Made by a program: the position numbers and the translations under genes
Notes under the pieces: generated by a model
Databases searched by the model: none
Told to the model about the DNA's origin: nothing
Seen by the model: the letters and a program-made list of their open reading frames with translations, nothing else
Source of the DNA: Vicugna vicugna
Lineage: Eukaryota
Length of the DNA stretch: 64,000 nt
Assembly: GCA_013265495.1 (NCBI GenBank)
Contig: MU058213.1
Span: 3,968,001-4,032,000 of the forward strand
Direction of reading: 5' to 3'
Part shown: piece after piece, positions 49,497 through 62,589 of the stretch
Position numbering within the stretch: position 1 is the first letter of the stretch
How the letters are laid out: each line of letters starts with the position of its first letter

Positions 49497-50595
49497 CTGA
49501 CTGATTTTTGACAAGAGAGCCAAGACCCTTCAATAGGAAAAGAAAAGTCTCTTCAATAAATTATGCTGGGACAATTTGACATCATACACAAAAGAATTAA
49601 GTTGTACCCCTACCTCGCACTATACAGAAAAATTAAATGGATCAATATAGGAGTTAAAACTAGAAACTCCTAGAAGAAAATATAATAAATCTTCATAACC
49701 TTGGATTTGACAATGAATTCTTAGATATTATATGAAAATCACAGCAACAAAAGAAAAATAGATAAAGTGGACTTCATCAAAATTTAATGCATCAAAGGAC
49801 ATAATCAAAAAGTGAACATTATAGAGAATGAGAAAGAATATTTACAAATGATATATCTGACAAGGGTCTAGTATCTAGAATATATAAAAACTCTTACAAC
49901 TCAGCAACAAAAAAAGAAAAACACCTCAATTTTTAAAATGGCAAAGGATCTGTATAGACATTTCTCCAAGGAAGATATACAAATGGCCAAGAAGCACACA
50001 AAAAAATGCTTAATATCCTTGATTATTATGGAATTGCAAATCAAGACTACAGTGAGGTACCACTTCCCATCCACCAGGGTGGCAATAATAACAATGGGAT
50101 AAAACAAGTGCCGGTGAGGATGTGGAGAAATTGGAAACTTTAAAGTCTACGCATTGCTGGTAATAAAGTAAACTGGTCCAGTGTCTGTGGAAAACAGTTC
50201 TGTGATTCCTCAAAAAGTTACAAATAGAATTACCATGTGACTCCACAATTTCACTCCAAGGTATATACCCAAAAGAACTGAAAACACATTATTCAAGAAG
50301 CACATATACATGCATATTTATAGCAGCACTATTCATAATAGCAAAAAGATGAAAACAATCCAAATGCCCATCAACAAGTGAATAAAAAAACAAATTATGA
50401 TACATATGTACAATGGCATATTATTTAGCAATAAAAAAGAAAGAAGTTTTGATATATGCCATAGCATAAATAAGCCTCAGAAATGTTACGAAAACTTAAA
50501 GAATCCAGATACAAAAGGTCACATATATTGTATGATTCTGTATATATTAAGTACCCAGATTAGATAAATCCATAGAGATATAATGCAAATTGATA
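49497..50595 (+). mobile_element. L1MB-like ORF2 end and partial 3'UTR
   Basis: ACTGATTTTTGACAAG ... ATCCAGATACAAAAGGTCACATATATTGTATGATTC; cut off by the next L1. Confidence 0.88.
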
Positions 50596-51921
50596 GGGGA
50601 TTAGCCAAAATGGCTGAGTAGAAAGACCCTGAGCTCACCTCCTCTCATAGGCACACCAAAATCACAGCTATTGGCAGAATAACCACTGATGAAGAAAACC
50701 AGAACCTACCAGAAAAAAATCTTCTACAACTAAAGATAAAAAGAAGGAACCACAATGAGAAAGGCAGGAAGGGCAGACTCACAATATAATCAAATCCCAT
50801 ACCCTCCAAAAAGACCTGTATGTTTGCTGCCTACAAGAGACTCACTTCAGATCTAAAGACACACACAGTTTGAAAATGAAGGGATGGCAAAAGGTATTCC
50901 ATGCAAATGGAAATCAAAAGAAAGGTAGGGTACCAATACATATATCAGACAAAATAGACTAAAATAAAGACTGTTACAAAAGACAAAGAAGGACACTACA
51001 TAATGATCAAGGGATCAATCCAAGAAGATAAAACAATTGTAAATATATATGCACCCAAAATAGGAGCACCAAAAATGTAAGAAAAATATTAACAGACATA
51101 AAGAGAGAAATTGATAGTAACACAATAATAGTAAGGGACATTTACCCCATTTGCATCAACGGACAGACCATCCAGAGAGAAAATCAAAAGGAAATACTGA
51201 CCTTAAATGATGCATTAGACCAGATGAATTTAATTAGATATACAGAATATTCCATCCAAAAGCAGAATACCCTTTCTTTTGAAGTGCACATGAAACATTT
51301 TCCAGGGTACATTACATGCTAGGCCACAAGACAAGTCTTAGTAAATTTAAGAAAACTGAAATCATATCAAGCATCTTTTCCAACCACAACACAATGAGAC
51401 TAGAAATCAGCTACAAGAAAGAAACTGCAAAAAACACAAGCACGTGGAAGCTAAACAACATGCTGCTAAACAACCAATGGATTACCAAAGAAATCGAAGA
51501 GGAAATCAAAAAAATACATGGAGACAAATGAAAATGAAAATACAATGATTGAGATTCTATGGGATATAGCAAAACATTTCTAAGAAAAGTTTATAGCAAT
51601 ACAAGCTTACCTCAGGAAACAAGGAAAACCTCAAACAACCTAACCTTACACCTAAAGGAGCTAGAAAAATAACAAAACCCAAATTTGGTAGAGGGAAGGA
51701 AATAACAAAGATCAGAGAAGAAATATATAAAATAGAGACTAAAAATAAAAACAATAGGAAAGCTCAATGAAATGAAGAGCTGGTTCTTTGAAAAGAGAAA
51801 CAAAATAGATAAACCTTTAGCTAGATTCATCAAGAAAAAAGACTCACCAAATCAATAAAATCAAAAATGAAAAGGAAGTTTACAAGTGACACTGCTGAAA
51901 TACAAAGGAACGTGAGACTAC
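50596..51921 (+). mobile_element. Younger L1: 5' terminus fused directly to the ORF2 endonuclease region, 3' part missing
   Basis: 5' end GGGGATTAGCCAAAATGGCTGAGTAGAAAGACCCTGAGCTCACCTCCTCTCA; at about 50807 switches to TGCTGCCTACAAGAGACTCACTTCAG (CCLQETH); later HMLGHKTSLSKFKK and IFSNHN; ends at about 51921. Confidence 0.9.
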
Positions 51922-53289
51922 TTTTCATCACTGTAAATAGAAGTGTAAGAAGATGTAAAAGGGAAGTGTCCTCCTCAGTTGTTTTTATAAAGAATTAACT
52001 TTTTAAGAGTGGTTTTAAGTTCACAGTAAAATTGAGAGGGATATATAGAGATTTCCTATATACTTTCTGCCAAAGAATTTTTTAAAGCTTTTTTTAACAT
52101 GAAGAATTATGTTATATGAAGGAAATTTTGATGGCTACTACTTTACTATCGAGATAATTCTTTTTAGTATTTATTTATGAATATCATAGAATCATTTGAT
52201 CGAGCCTCATTAACATTTGTCTGTTGGATTCTATTCCTGAGTTTGAAATTATTGTTAAATTTTTGTATTTATAGTTTTTACTTGATCTAAACTGGCCACA
52301 TTAAAACTCCTAATGGTTCCTATATTTACCAGATGAAGCAAAGAATGTAAAAAAATTTCACTGCGAAATGTGTCATCCACCAGGAATTTCATCAGATTGT
52401 CTTTGCCCACCAGCTACAATAAAGCTAATGTATCTTCTAACATAAAATAGTGCACTGGTTTTGTTGAGGTTTATTTACCAGCCTAATGATTATTTCCGCA
52501 AACCCAGGGCTCTAAATGACAACCACATGGCTAATTGCACTGTAATGTGTTTTCTTTTCAATTTAGTCAGGTTTAATTCTGTATCTAACAGAACAAGTGC
52601 CTTACAAATGTTGTGATTGGTATAATATGAACGAAAACTATTTTACTTATCAAGTGAACATGTTAATTCTAATGCCAGCTACTGTGTGCTTTTCAAAGTA
52701 CTGCTTAGTAGTATAAATAAATATCAACAAGTTATTCATTGCTCATTTGAGAAATTAACTTTCATATTTGAGAATGAGTATTATAAGTTTATTATACACA
52801 TTTGTGACTAGGAAAAATAAGATTATTAGCCCTCTTTTCTGAAAATTTTGAGCTCTGTGATTGCTAACGTTTTGAATGGTACTTGATACGTACAATGGTC
52901 ACTTAATTGAACTCTTGGTTGTCATGAGATTGATCACTTAAATTCTAAAGATTTGTGGCTTGCCTTATCATTCTCACATCCTTTGATAAAAAGATCTTAA
53001 ATATAATGTAGTTAAATTTATTGATCTTCTATTATGGTTAGTGCTTTTTGTATTCTGTTTAAGTAAATTTTCCATACCCCAAAGTCACAAAGTCATTCTT
53101 CTATATTCTGTCAAAGTTTTATCATTCAGTCTTTCACACTTAGATTATAATCTCACCCTGAATTGTTTTCACGTACAGTGTGAGATAAGGTCAAGTTCAT
53201 CTTTTTTCATTTTTTCATCTTGATGGGGCTTCCTTTCCCCTCTGATCTGGAATACAATCTTTATCATAAATCAGGGGTCTATTATAGCA

Positions 53290-53820
53290 GAGCTACAGTG
53301 TCATTGCACAATAAATACAATGATTTGCCATCTAATTTGACAACAAAATATTCTACACTCCACTGTGCTTTAAAAATGTGACATTTAGAGTTCATTTTTT
53401 GTCTGCCTTACTTGTTTTGCCATCAAGAGGATGCACTGGTAATAAAAATAAAATAAAATGTTGCACTTTGACCGTACACATGACATTGAATGTGTACACT
53501 GTTCAGTTAAAACTGCATCATTGCAGTTTAGAGTGGCATAACACAACAGTGGGAGGTGGTGAGAGTGCTGCATGTGACCTCTGTTGCAACCACTCAACTC
53601 TGCTGTTGAGTGTAAAGGCAGCCATTGACAGAAGGTAAGCAAATAAGTGAGGTTGTGTTCCAATAAAACTTTAAGTTCAAGGAAATTTAAATTTCATATG
53701 ATTTTCAGATATTACAAAACATTGTCCTTTAGATTTTTTCCAACCATTAAAAAAATGTAATAACTATTCTCACAGGCTGTACAAAAGCAAGCAGAAGGCT
53801 GATTTGTTTGCCAGCTCCTA
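53290..53820. mobile_element. hAT-Charlie Cheshire/MER58B-like element
   Basis: CTCTGTTGCAACCACTCAACTCTGC..GCAGCCATTGAC..TGTGTTCCAATAAAACTTTA..TTTCATATGATTTTCA..TTTGCCAGCTCCT. Confidence 0.75.
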
Positions 53821-53844
53821 ACTTAGAAGGTCATCAGAATAATA

Positions 53845-54110
53845 TTTATCAAATTGCTCTTAAAGGAAATTCTAGGAAATATTTCTCAAGAACAAAAAGT
53901 CAGATAACATTTATAAAGAGCTGTATAATATACTTCCCAGTTATAGATTCATACTATGGATATTAAACACTATGAAAATTTCTGCAATAAAGAAACATCT
54001 ATCTTTACCTAATACAGCTGTAACAAACCTTATTTATTTGCCAGAGAACTCTTATTTATACACAACACTCCCATTTGCATGCCTCAGAACCCAGGTGTGG
54101 AATATACTTG
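53845..54110. mobile_element. MER112-like hAT MITE
   Basis: CTGCAATAAAGAAAC..CAAACCTTATTT..AGAGAACTCTT pattern; degenerate. Confidence 0.5.
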
Positions 54111-55196
54111 GAGAAATGTTGCAATGATCTGGTCTACTTATTTTAACAAATGAGTGAAATGAAGTAACAAAGTGATGGGAATAAAAACATTCTAATTCTT
54201 CTAGAAAAGTATTGACAATTTATTGCCCCTAATGACAGTACCAAGAACTGATTAAAAATCCGGCCTAGTCTATTAGTAACTTCTTACAATAATCAACCAA
54301 TCAATGATAGCCCCCTGAAAGTCAGCCAATAAACGACAGCACACATGCTTCTGAAGATCAGACAATCATCGGTAGTCTTATTTAAATAACTATAATAAAT
54401 AGCTAAAGATTAACCAATCCCTAAACATGTCTTTCAAATCTCCAAGCTTATATATAATGAAACAAATGTTAACAGTTTATGGGAAAGGGTGACTGTATAA
54501 ATGAATTCATTAGTTTGAAACAAATAATTTTCCACTAGAATCCAGTGTGTTCAAATACCCTTCCAGGTAAAATGCTTGAGAGATCACATCTTCCTCATCC
54601 TGAAGACATTTTTGGCATTTAAAGTAAAAACAAGTTCCAGAGATTACATGTTTGGCTACAGAAGTTTAATTTCTGGGCCTATTCCCGAGATTCATAGGTC
54701 TTTACCTTTTATCTATTGGCTCTTTATATCTGAAAGTAGCTTTAGAAGCCTAGTTGTTATTCTGGCAATAAAATTTTGGTAGGTTGCTTAACTGCTGAGA
54801 ATAAAAATGTTCTCATCCTCTGTCCTAGGAAAGGACTGGTCTTCTCTGCCCATAACATCAAGTAACCTCCAGAATCAGGTTTCAAACATGTCACAATCTA
54901 TCAATGACAACATCACATTAGCAACTATGCTTCTGAAAGTCAGAACATTCATCACCAAGCTCATACTTTTAGCATGTCCTTATTTCCTTTCTCAAGTTAC
55001 AAGTTAGTCAATCATTCAGCTCTTTACTGAATGCCTACTATGTGCTATGATGCTCTAGGTCACCAGTGCTCAACTTTGGCCACATACAGATCAACTATAA
55101 AGATTTAAAATCATGATCCCTTGGTCCTACTCACAATAATATTTCTGTCTAGGGTGTAGCCTGAATATTAAATTTTTAATAAAGCTTTACTGGTTC

Positions 55197-55740
55197 TTAC
55201 CCACAAGAATTGAAAGCAAGGTCTTGAAGAGGTATCTGTAAACCTTTGTTCATAACAGCATTATTCATAATAGCTAAAACATTGAAGAAACTCAAGTGTC
55301 CATCTTCAGATGAATGGAAATACAAAAATGTAGTGTATACTTACAATAAAATATCATTCACCCTTAAAAAAGGAATACAATTCTGACACATGCTACAACA
55401 TGGATGAACCTTGAGGACATTAAGTTAAGTGAACTAAGCTAGTTACAAAAAAGACAAATACTATATGAATCCACTTATAGGAGGAACTTAGAGTAGTTAA
55501 AATAAAGAGACAGAAAGTAGAATGGTGGTTGCTAGGAGCTGGAGGGAGGAGAGAATAAGGAGTTATTGTTTAATGGACATAGGATTTCAATTTTGCAAGA
55601 CGAGAAAAGTTCTGGAGATGAATAGTAATATTGATTATACATCAATATGAACATACTCAATACCACTGAACTGTACACTTAAAGATGGTTAAGATAATAA
55701 ATTTCATGTTAAATGTATCTTACCACAATAAAAAAATTTT
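55197..55740 (+). mobile_element. L1MB/L1MA-like 3'UTR
   Basis: AAGAATTGAAAGCAAGGTCTTGAAGAG ... CCACTGAACTGTACACTTAAAGATGGTTAAGAT..CCACAATAAAAAAA. Confidence 0.88.
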
Positions 55741-55744
55741 TTTA

Positions 55745-56585
55745 AAGTATTGGTCATAGACAAATGGTTTATTCTAGAGCCTCAGTTCTATTCCATTGAT
55801 CCATATACCTGTCCTTATGCAAATACCACACTGTTTTGATTATGTAGCTTTATAGTAAGTTTTTAAATCAGGAAGTGAGTCTTTCAATTTTGTTCTGAAT
55901 TTTTATCATGGAAAAGTATTGGATTTTGTTGAATGTTCTTCTGCATCAGTTGAGATGATCATGTGGTATTTTTCCTTCATTCTATCAGTGTGATATACTG
56001 CAATGATTTATTTTCTTACATTAAACCATCCTTGCATTCCTAGGATAAATTCCATTTGGTTAAAGTGTTTAATCTACTAATATGCTGTTGGATTTGGCTT
56101 GCTAATATTTTGTTGAGGACTTTTCTTTATTCATAAAGAATACTGATCTGTAGTTTTCTTGTGATATTCTTATATGATTTTGGTATCAGGGTAATGCTGG
56201 GCTCACAGAATGAGTTACAAAGTGTTCCCTCCTTTTCTGCTTTTTTGGAAGAGTCTGAGAAGGCTTGGTGCTAATAATTCTTTAAATGCTCGGTAGAATT
56301 CACCAGAGAAGCCATCTGGCCTTGGACTTTTTTTTGTTGTTGAGAGGTTTTAAAAATACTTATTCAATTTCTTTACTTTTTATAGCTCTGTTCAGGTCTT
56401 TTATTTCTTCTTGATTCAGTTTTGATAATTTGTGTGTTTCTAAGTATTTGTCAATGCTATCTAGGTTATATAATTTGGGGGCATCCAATTGTTCATAATA
56501 TTCTTTTATAATTTTTTTTTATTTCTCTAAGGTCAGTAGTAATGCTCCCACTTTCACTTCTGATTTGGTTATTTTTGTCTTCTTA
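55745..56585 (-). mobile_element. L1 ORF2 fragment with internal deletion
   Basis: Antisense ORF2 (TTCTGCATCAGTTGAGATGATCATGTGG; GGTAGAATTCACCAGAGAAGCCATCTGGCC, the GPDGFxGEFY region). Confidence 0.85.
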
Positions 56586-56779
56586 TAATACTTGTTTTGT
56601 AAGCTATTTTTACATTTTAAATCAACCAGAGTATGTTTTCTGTGGTCTGGAACTTAAAAGCTTACTAACAAAGCAGGCATCCCTTACTTGCTCTTGGTTT
56701 GATGAAGTTTTTAACATTGACTTCTATCTGAAATTTTCCCTTCGATTAACTATCTATGGAAAGTATTAAGAAAACCCTG

Positions 56780-58625
56780 AGTGTACTGAATGCCACTGAA
56801 TTGTACACTTAGAATACTAAAAAAGTAAATTTTATGTTATGTATATTTTACCACAATTTTTAAAAAGGGTTCCCCTCTGGCTGAAGACTTCCCAAATTTG
56901 GCAAAGGACAGAAACCTACAGATTCAAGAAATCAGCAAATCCCAAATAGGATAATCCCAAAGAAATTCACACTCAGACACACCATAATCAAGATGCTGAA
57001 AACCAAAGACAAAGAAAATAAGTTGAAAGCAGTCAAAGAGAAACACCATCTTATTATAGAGGAACAATGATTCAAATGACTGCTTATTTCTTACTAGAAA
57101 CTATGGAGACCTAAACAAAATGGCACAGCATTTTTTAAAGTGTAGAAAGAAAAAAAAAATCTGTCCACCTAAAATTCTATATGCATTTAAAATGTTACTT
57201 AGGAATCAAGGTGAAATAAAGATGTTCTCAGATGAACAAAACTGAAGAAAATTTGTAGTCACCTGGTCTACTCTAAAAAAATTACTAAAGGAGGTTCTTC
57301 AGACAAAAGGGAAATGATACCTGAAGGAAACTGGCACATCATTAATAAAGGAGGAGCCAAGGAAATGGTAAATTTCTGGGTAAATACAATAGACTGTTTT
57401 CTCTCTTGAATTCTTTAAAATATATTTGATGTTTGAAAGCAAAAATTATAACATTATCTAGTGGACTTTTTAATACCTGTAGATGTAATATATATGACAA
57501 TTACAACATAAAACAAGGAGGATAAAGGGACATATAGTGGCAAAGATTCAACATTCCACTTTAAGAGGTGAAATATTCTAAGGAAAATATGAATAGTTAG
57601 GTATGAAAGTTGTGCAGTTACTCTGGAGAAGAGTTTTTTAGCTTCTTATAAACTTAAACATACACATACGATGTGACCCAGGATTCCTTCTCTTAGGCGT
57701 TTACTCAAGAGAAATAAAAACCTATGGTCACACAAAAATATGTACATAATGTTTACACCAAGTTTGTTGATAATCACCAAACAAGAAATAAGTCATATGT
57801 CCTTTAATGGGTGAATGGATTAAAAAAAACATGGTTTGTCCATATAATGGATACTTAGTAATAAAAATGAACTATTAATATATGCAACATCATGCGTGAA
57901 TTTCATAGGCAACTGATTGGATGAAGCCAGGCTCAGAAGGTTACATAAGGCATTATTCTATTTATATAAATAGTCTCAAAAAGATAAAACTGTAGTAACA
58001 GGGACTATATTAGTGGTTGAAATACAGTAAAAATTGAAGAACTGAAAGGAGTGGCAGGTGAATCAGAGTAAGATTTTAACTCGTGTTACACAGTGGGCAA
58101 TAAAACAAGTAGATAAAATCAGTTAGGATATAAAATATTTGAACACTAAAAATTAAGAAAATTGACCTAATGGACATATATAGAACACTGTACCTAAGAA
58201 CTGCAGAATATATATACCCTTAAAATGCACATGAAACAGTAACCATAATTGACATTTACTCAGCCATGAAGACAATCTCAGCACATTTCAAACACACTGA
58301 AATCATGCAGAATAGACTCTGATAGATCACAATAAAGATACTACTACACACCTACTAAAATGGATAAAATTAAAGATAATAGCCATACCAAGTGCTGGTG
58401 GCAATTTGGAACAGAAGGAACTCTCCTATAATGATGGTGAAAATATAAAACAACATAGCCCCTTTGGAAAAACAGTTTAGCGATTTACTACACAATTAAA
58501 TATACACTTACCATGTGAGCTATTCATCCCACTCTTAGGTATGTATCAAAGGTAAATGAAAATATATGTCCATACAAAGACACACATGATGTTCATAGCA
58601 GCTTATGACAGCTAAAAAAATGAAA
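56780..58625 (+). mobile_element. Mosaic of old L1 pieces (3' tail, ORF1, endonuclease, 3'UTR)
   Basis: TGGCTGAAGACTTCCCAAATTTGGCAAAG (ORF1), GACCTAATGGACATATATAGAACACTGTACC (endonuclease) and 3'UTR motifs. Confidence 0.8.
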
Positions 58626-59069
58626 ACAATGTGTACTAGTTTTCCGTGCTGCATAACAAGTTACTACAAATTTAGTGGATTAAAATGGGTATTTTATTCA
58701 AATTGATTTTTGAATAGGAAATTCACTAGCATAGTTCAAAATATCAAAGGTATATAAGAATATAAAGTGAAAAGACTTCATCACACCCTGGACCCTGGGA
58801 CATCTACTTTCCCTCCCTACTATAATTTTTGTTGAAAGAACTTTAAAAGAGCTATTTCGTGCATATAAAAGCAAATCTGTATTTCGTGCATGTGCATGCA
58901 TGCACACATGTGCATTTATATGTTTGTATGAGTATGGAGAATGGAATGGTACACACCAGGTAATTGTTATTGGTTACTTTGCACGTGTTGGATAAGGGGG
59001 AAAACTGGGAAATAAAGAAAATCTGTTAACTTTTTCTTTGTACATATTGGCATCATTTAACTGGTTCAT

Positions 59070-59295
59070 CTGATTCTAGTCAAAAGCTCAGGATTTTGAG
59101 AAATAGATTACTTATTTGATTGCCTTTAGCAAATTTCTTATTCTTTGTGTGCCTCAACTGCCTCATTTACAAATGGAGGTACTAACAGTTCCTATCTCAT
59201 AAGACTGAGAGACGATTACAACAAATAATCAATATAAAGTAATTTAGCCTAGTGCCTAGCATATTGTAAATGGTTAGTAAATGTTAGCTATAAAA
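59070..59295 (+). mobile_element. MIR SINE
   Basis: TGTGCCTCAACTGCCTCATTTACAAATGGAGG..AACAGTTCCTATCTCATA...AGTAAATGTTAGCTA. Confidence 0.8.
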
Positions 59296-59299
59296 AAAT

Positions 59300-61170
59300 A
59301 ACCACCTTGAATTATTTTTCAAAAACAAGAATGATTCAAAAGAGTCTAAGCACCCAAATGAAGAAGCTAGAAAGAGGAAAACAAAATAAACTTAGAGAAA
59401 TGCAAAAGGAATATTTAAGGTCAAGAGTGTGGTAAATTCACACTGTATACTCTCCTCCTGCTCTGTGTATGTGAATTATAGATTCAATTAACAACAAAAA
59501 TGACTGATTCATGCTCAGATACACAATAAGCAGTTCTCTGGGTTAGAAACAGAAGGTAACAAAGTAGGAAGATGTGGCTAAATCTACAGCCCTGCAGATT
59601 TCTAGGCACAAGGAGCAGTTAGAAGCCCCTGGGAGTGTTTATTCCTCTAACGTGACAAAAGTACTCCACATGCAGCATGGAACCATGGTATAGCTGGGCT
59701 GTCTGTGTGAAAATAGCTGTGATCACTGCCTGATGTTACTGCCTCCATAAACCTGTGTAACTTTATTACTGGTGAGATCAGCAGAGAAAACAGCACAGAG
59801 ACCTGAGCAAAGCTGCAAACTGTGTCTGATACTGGGCCAGCTGCAGCCCCAAACCACTTTGAGGCAGGAGTTTCTAGCCACGGAGGCCTAGTTTTGGGCT
59901 AGGGTCCTGGATGACTAGAGGGAGGAAACCACAAAACTGCCAAGCAGGGAGGGGTAAGCACAGAAAGAGGCAAGAAGGAAACAAAACTCCCAATGAAAGT
60001 AAATGTGCTGATGAAAATTCCAAACCATCTGATGAAAGTTAACATTAAGAAAGAGAGCCAAGGATAGAATTCACCAAAAATAACCCAAAAGCCTGGACAA
60101 ATATTTTTAAAATCTTGTTAAATGGATCCATAATCTAGAGAAAAAGAAAGAAAACTCAGGAGAAGAGCTTACTGAAGGCAGGAATCCAGAGAATTTGAGA
60201 ATATGAGTACTGAAGTTAATTCCAGCTTTGAGTCACTTGCTGAACTGGATGTCCCTGAAGAAGGAAAATAAAGCTTATGTGAAACAGGAGACTGTCCCAT
60301 AAAACTGAGACCATAAAGGTCTACTCCTTAGTATGAGAGGGAATTAGAAAAACTGACACAATCCTTCAACCACTGGGACTGCAAGAAACATGATCAGTTT
60401 AAGAACTGTGGTATTTGGGGGGTAGGGAGGATTTCTCCTGAGAATTTGAATTCACAGCTGGCCTTCCAGTTTTGTAGCCTGAATTTATGTTATTTTGGTA
60501 GTCCATAAAACCTCAAATCATGAATTACAAGTTGTGATGGACTAGAACGACCTCCAGACACTTGGCACAATTTAACCCTCTTCGGAGGAAACTTCCTTCA
60601 TTGCAGGCCTCAAAAAATTACTGTGTGAGGAAAATTAACTTAGATCACAATAAAAGAAACCCCACTAAACATCAAGGACATAAGATCCCGTAAGTGAGAA
60701 GAGCAGAAACAACAGAGAGCAGACTCAAGCTGAGAAAACCTCAGAGATGAGAAAATTCAGACACAAAAATAATTTTGGTTAATATGCTTTGATGAGTTTG
60801 ATAAGAAGAAGTAAATCACAAGCAAAGTTGAAGACATAATCAAAGAGAAAGTCTACAAATGAAAATACAATAATTGAAATTTTAAAAATTCAATGGATGT
60901 AGTTAATGGCAGGTTAGATAGAGCTGAAGATATTTTTGGAAGAACTAAATATGTTACGCCGAATGTAGCCCAGAACGAACATGAAGAAAAAGGTTAAGAG
61001 GAATGGAGGAAAGAGTAAAAACAAGTCTAACGTGGACTTACTCTGAAAAGACAAAATGGAGTAGAAGCAATGTTTGAGTAGATGGTGGCTGAGAATGTTC
61101 CCGAAAGTCACCAATGCACAGGTTCAAAAACTTTAATACATCAAGCAAGACAGTAAACAGAAATATGACT
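59300..61170 (+). mobile_element. Old L1 5'/ORF1-region fragments
   Basis: AAATACAATAATTGAAATTTTAAAAATTCAATGGATG..TTAGATAGAGCTGAAGA and GATGGTGGCTGAGAATGTTCC (ORF1); the upstream part is less certain. Confidence 0.55.
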
Positions 61171-61174
61171 AAGC

Positions 61175-62560
61175 TTATCAGTCAGGATAGGCTAGAATTA
61201 TGTTGTCGTAACCACCACAAATCTCAGTTACTAAAAGCAAAACAATTGATTTCTTCCTCATTTTGAAAGTCCACTGCAAATTGGAAGAGTGACTCTTCTC
61301 TTCACCTTAGTTACTCAAATGACAGAGCAACCACCACCTCAAACGTTACCAGTAATCAAATTAAAGGAAAGACAAGAGTCTAGATTCCAAATTGTAGAAC
61401 AGATAAACAAGATTATACTGTATAGCACAGGGAAATATACACAAGATCTTGTGGTAGCTCACAGAGAAAAAAATGTGACAATGAATATATATATGTCCAT
61501 GTATAACTGAAAAATTGTGCTCTACACTGGAATTTGACACAACATTGTAAAATGATTATAAATCAATAAAAAATGTTTAAAACAAAAAAGAGTCTAGAAA
61601 GTCTCAAATTGGCAAAAAAATACCTCAGCGCTTCAGTCCAGAAGTGACAATGGTCATACTTGTCAACAATTCATAGGCCAGACCCAGGCTGATGGCCCCA
61701 TCCAACCATTAAGGGAAGTGTAATCCTGCTGCATACCTGGTTCTCTGGAGAGATCTACAGCTACATGGTGAATAGCCCTAATGACCATCACAGACCACCT
61801 TTCTGTCAATAGTTATTTGATGCACCCTCCTCCTTATAACCAAAACACACTCTTTCTCTTCAGAGGAGAGATAAAAGTCCCATTAAATCAATGGTATCAA
61901 TCTCAAATCTCAGTATTTCCCCCTAGTCTCTAAATCAGGGGATGGTATGCACTAGTCTCCTCTTGATGTGTTGACCTAAGAACTAAAATGCTGTCTGTCC
62001 TGTATGCACACAAGGTCAAACAAAGATAGAAAACTGTAGTAAACACTCCTATTCAGAAAGAGAAAGATGGGAGACACACAAGCAGTCACTGGTCCAAAAC
62101 AATTCTCTGCTACAAGGGCCTCTACTTTGGTGGTACAAAAATTCCTTGAATGGAACCTGATTCTGCTTGCTGGGAGGGGATCCCTAATTGCTGTCCGAAG
62201 CTATTGATCGTACCATCCAGGAGGTCCTTCCTTTTTATGTAACCTTCTTGACCACAGCTGAGGGGGACATTAGGGAATATGTTCTATTTGGGTACCAAGC
62301 AACTTTCTCCATATCCTACTCCATTTGGAAAATTCAGGCCCAAGGGTCACTTTATGTTGATCAGTCATAAAATTTTAGCCTAGAATTGTGGTTTCTTTGA
62401 CAGTTAAACTCTCTCAAAATTTCTGCTTCTTATTTACGTGATTCCAGTCAGCAAGGAGCCAATACTCACACCCACAAAGTGAAAGACATGCTCACCCCCA
62501 GCTCCTGTCTACAACTGACCGAAGTACCCTGAGCCCATGAGGCATGGGTAGAAGACTGAC
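61175..62560 (-). mobile_element. MaLR (MLT1J/K-like) 3' LTR (61175-61792) plus internal sequence
   Basis: ATCAGTCAGGATAGGCTAGA.TTATG antisense LTR end; other end GGTGAATAGCCCTAATGACCATCACA followed by a PPT-like GACCACCTTT and MLT1-internal-like sequence. Confidence 0.7.
61385..61587 (+). mobile_element. Young lineage-specific L1 3' end (about 200 bp) inserted in the MLT1 LTR
   Basis: GATAAACAAGATTATACTGTATAGCACAGGGAAATATAC...AATCAATAAAAAATG; perfect TSD AAGAGTCTAGA at 61374-61384 and 61588-61598. Confidence 0.9.
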
Positions 62561-62589
62561 GCTTTAGCACCTGTTTCCTAAGTCATCTT

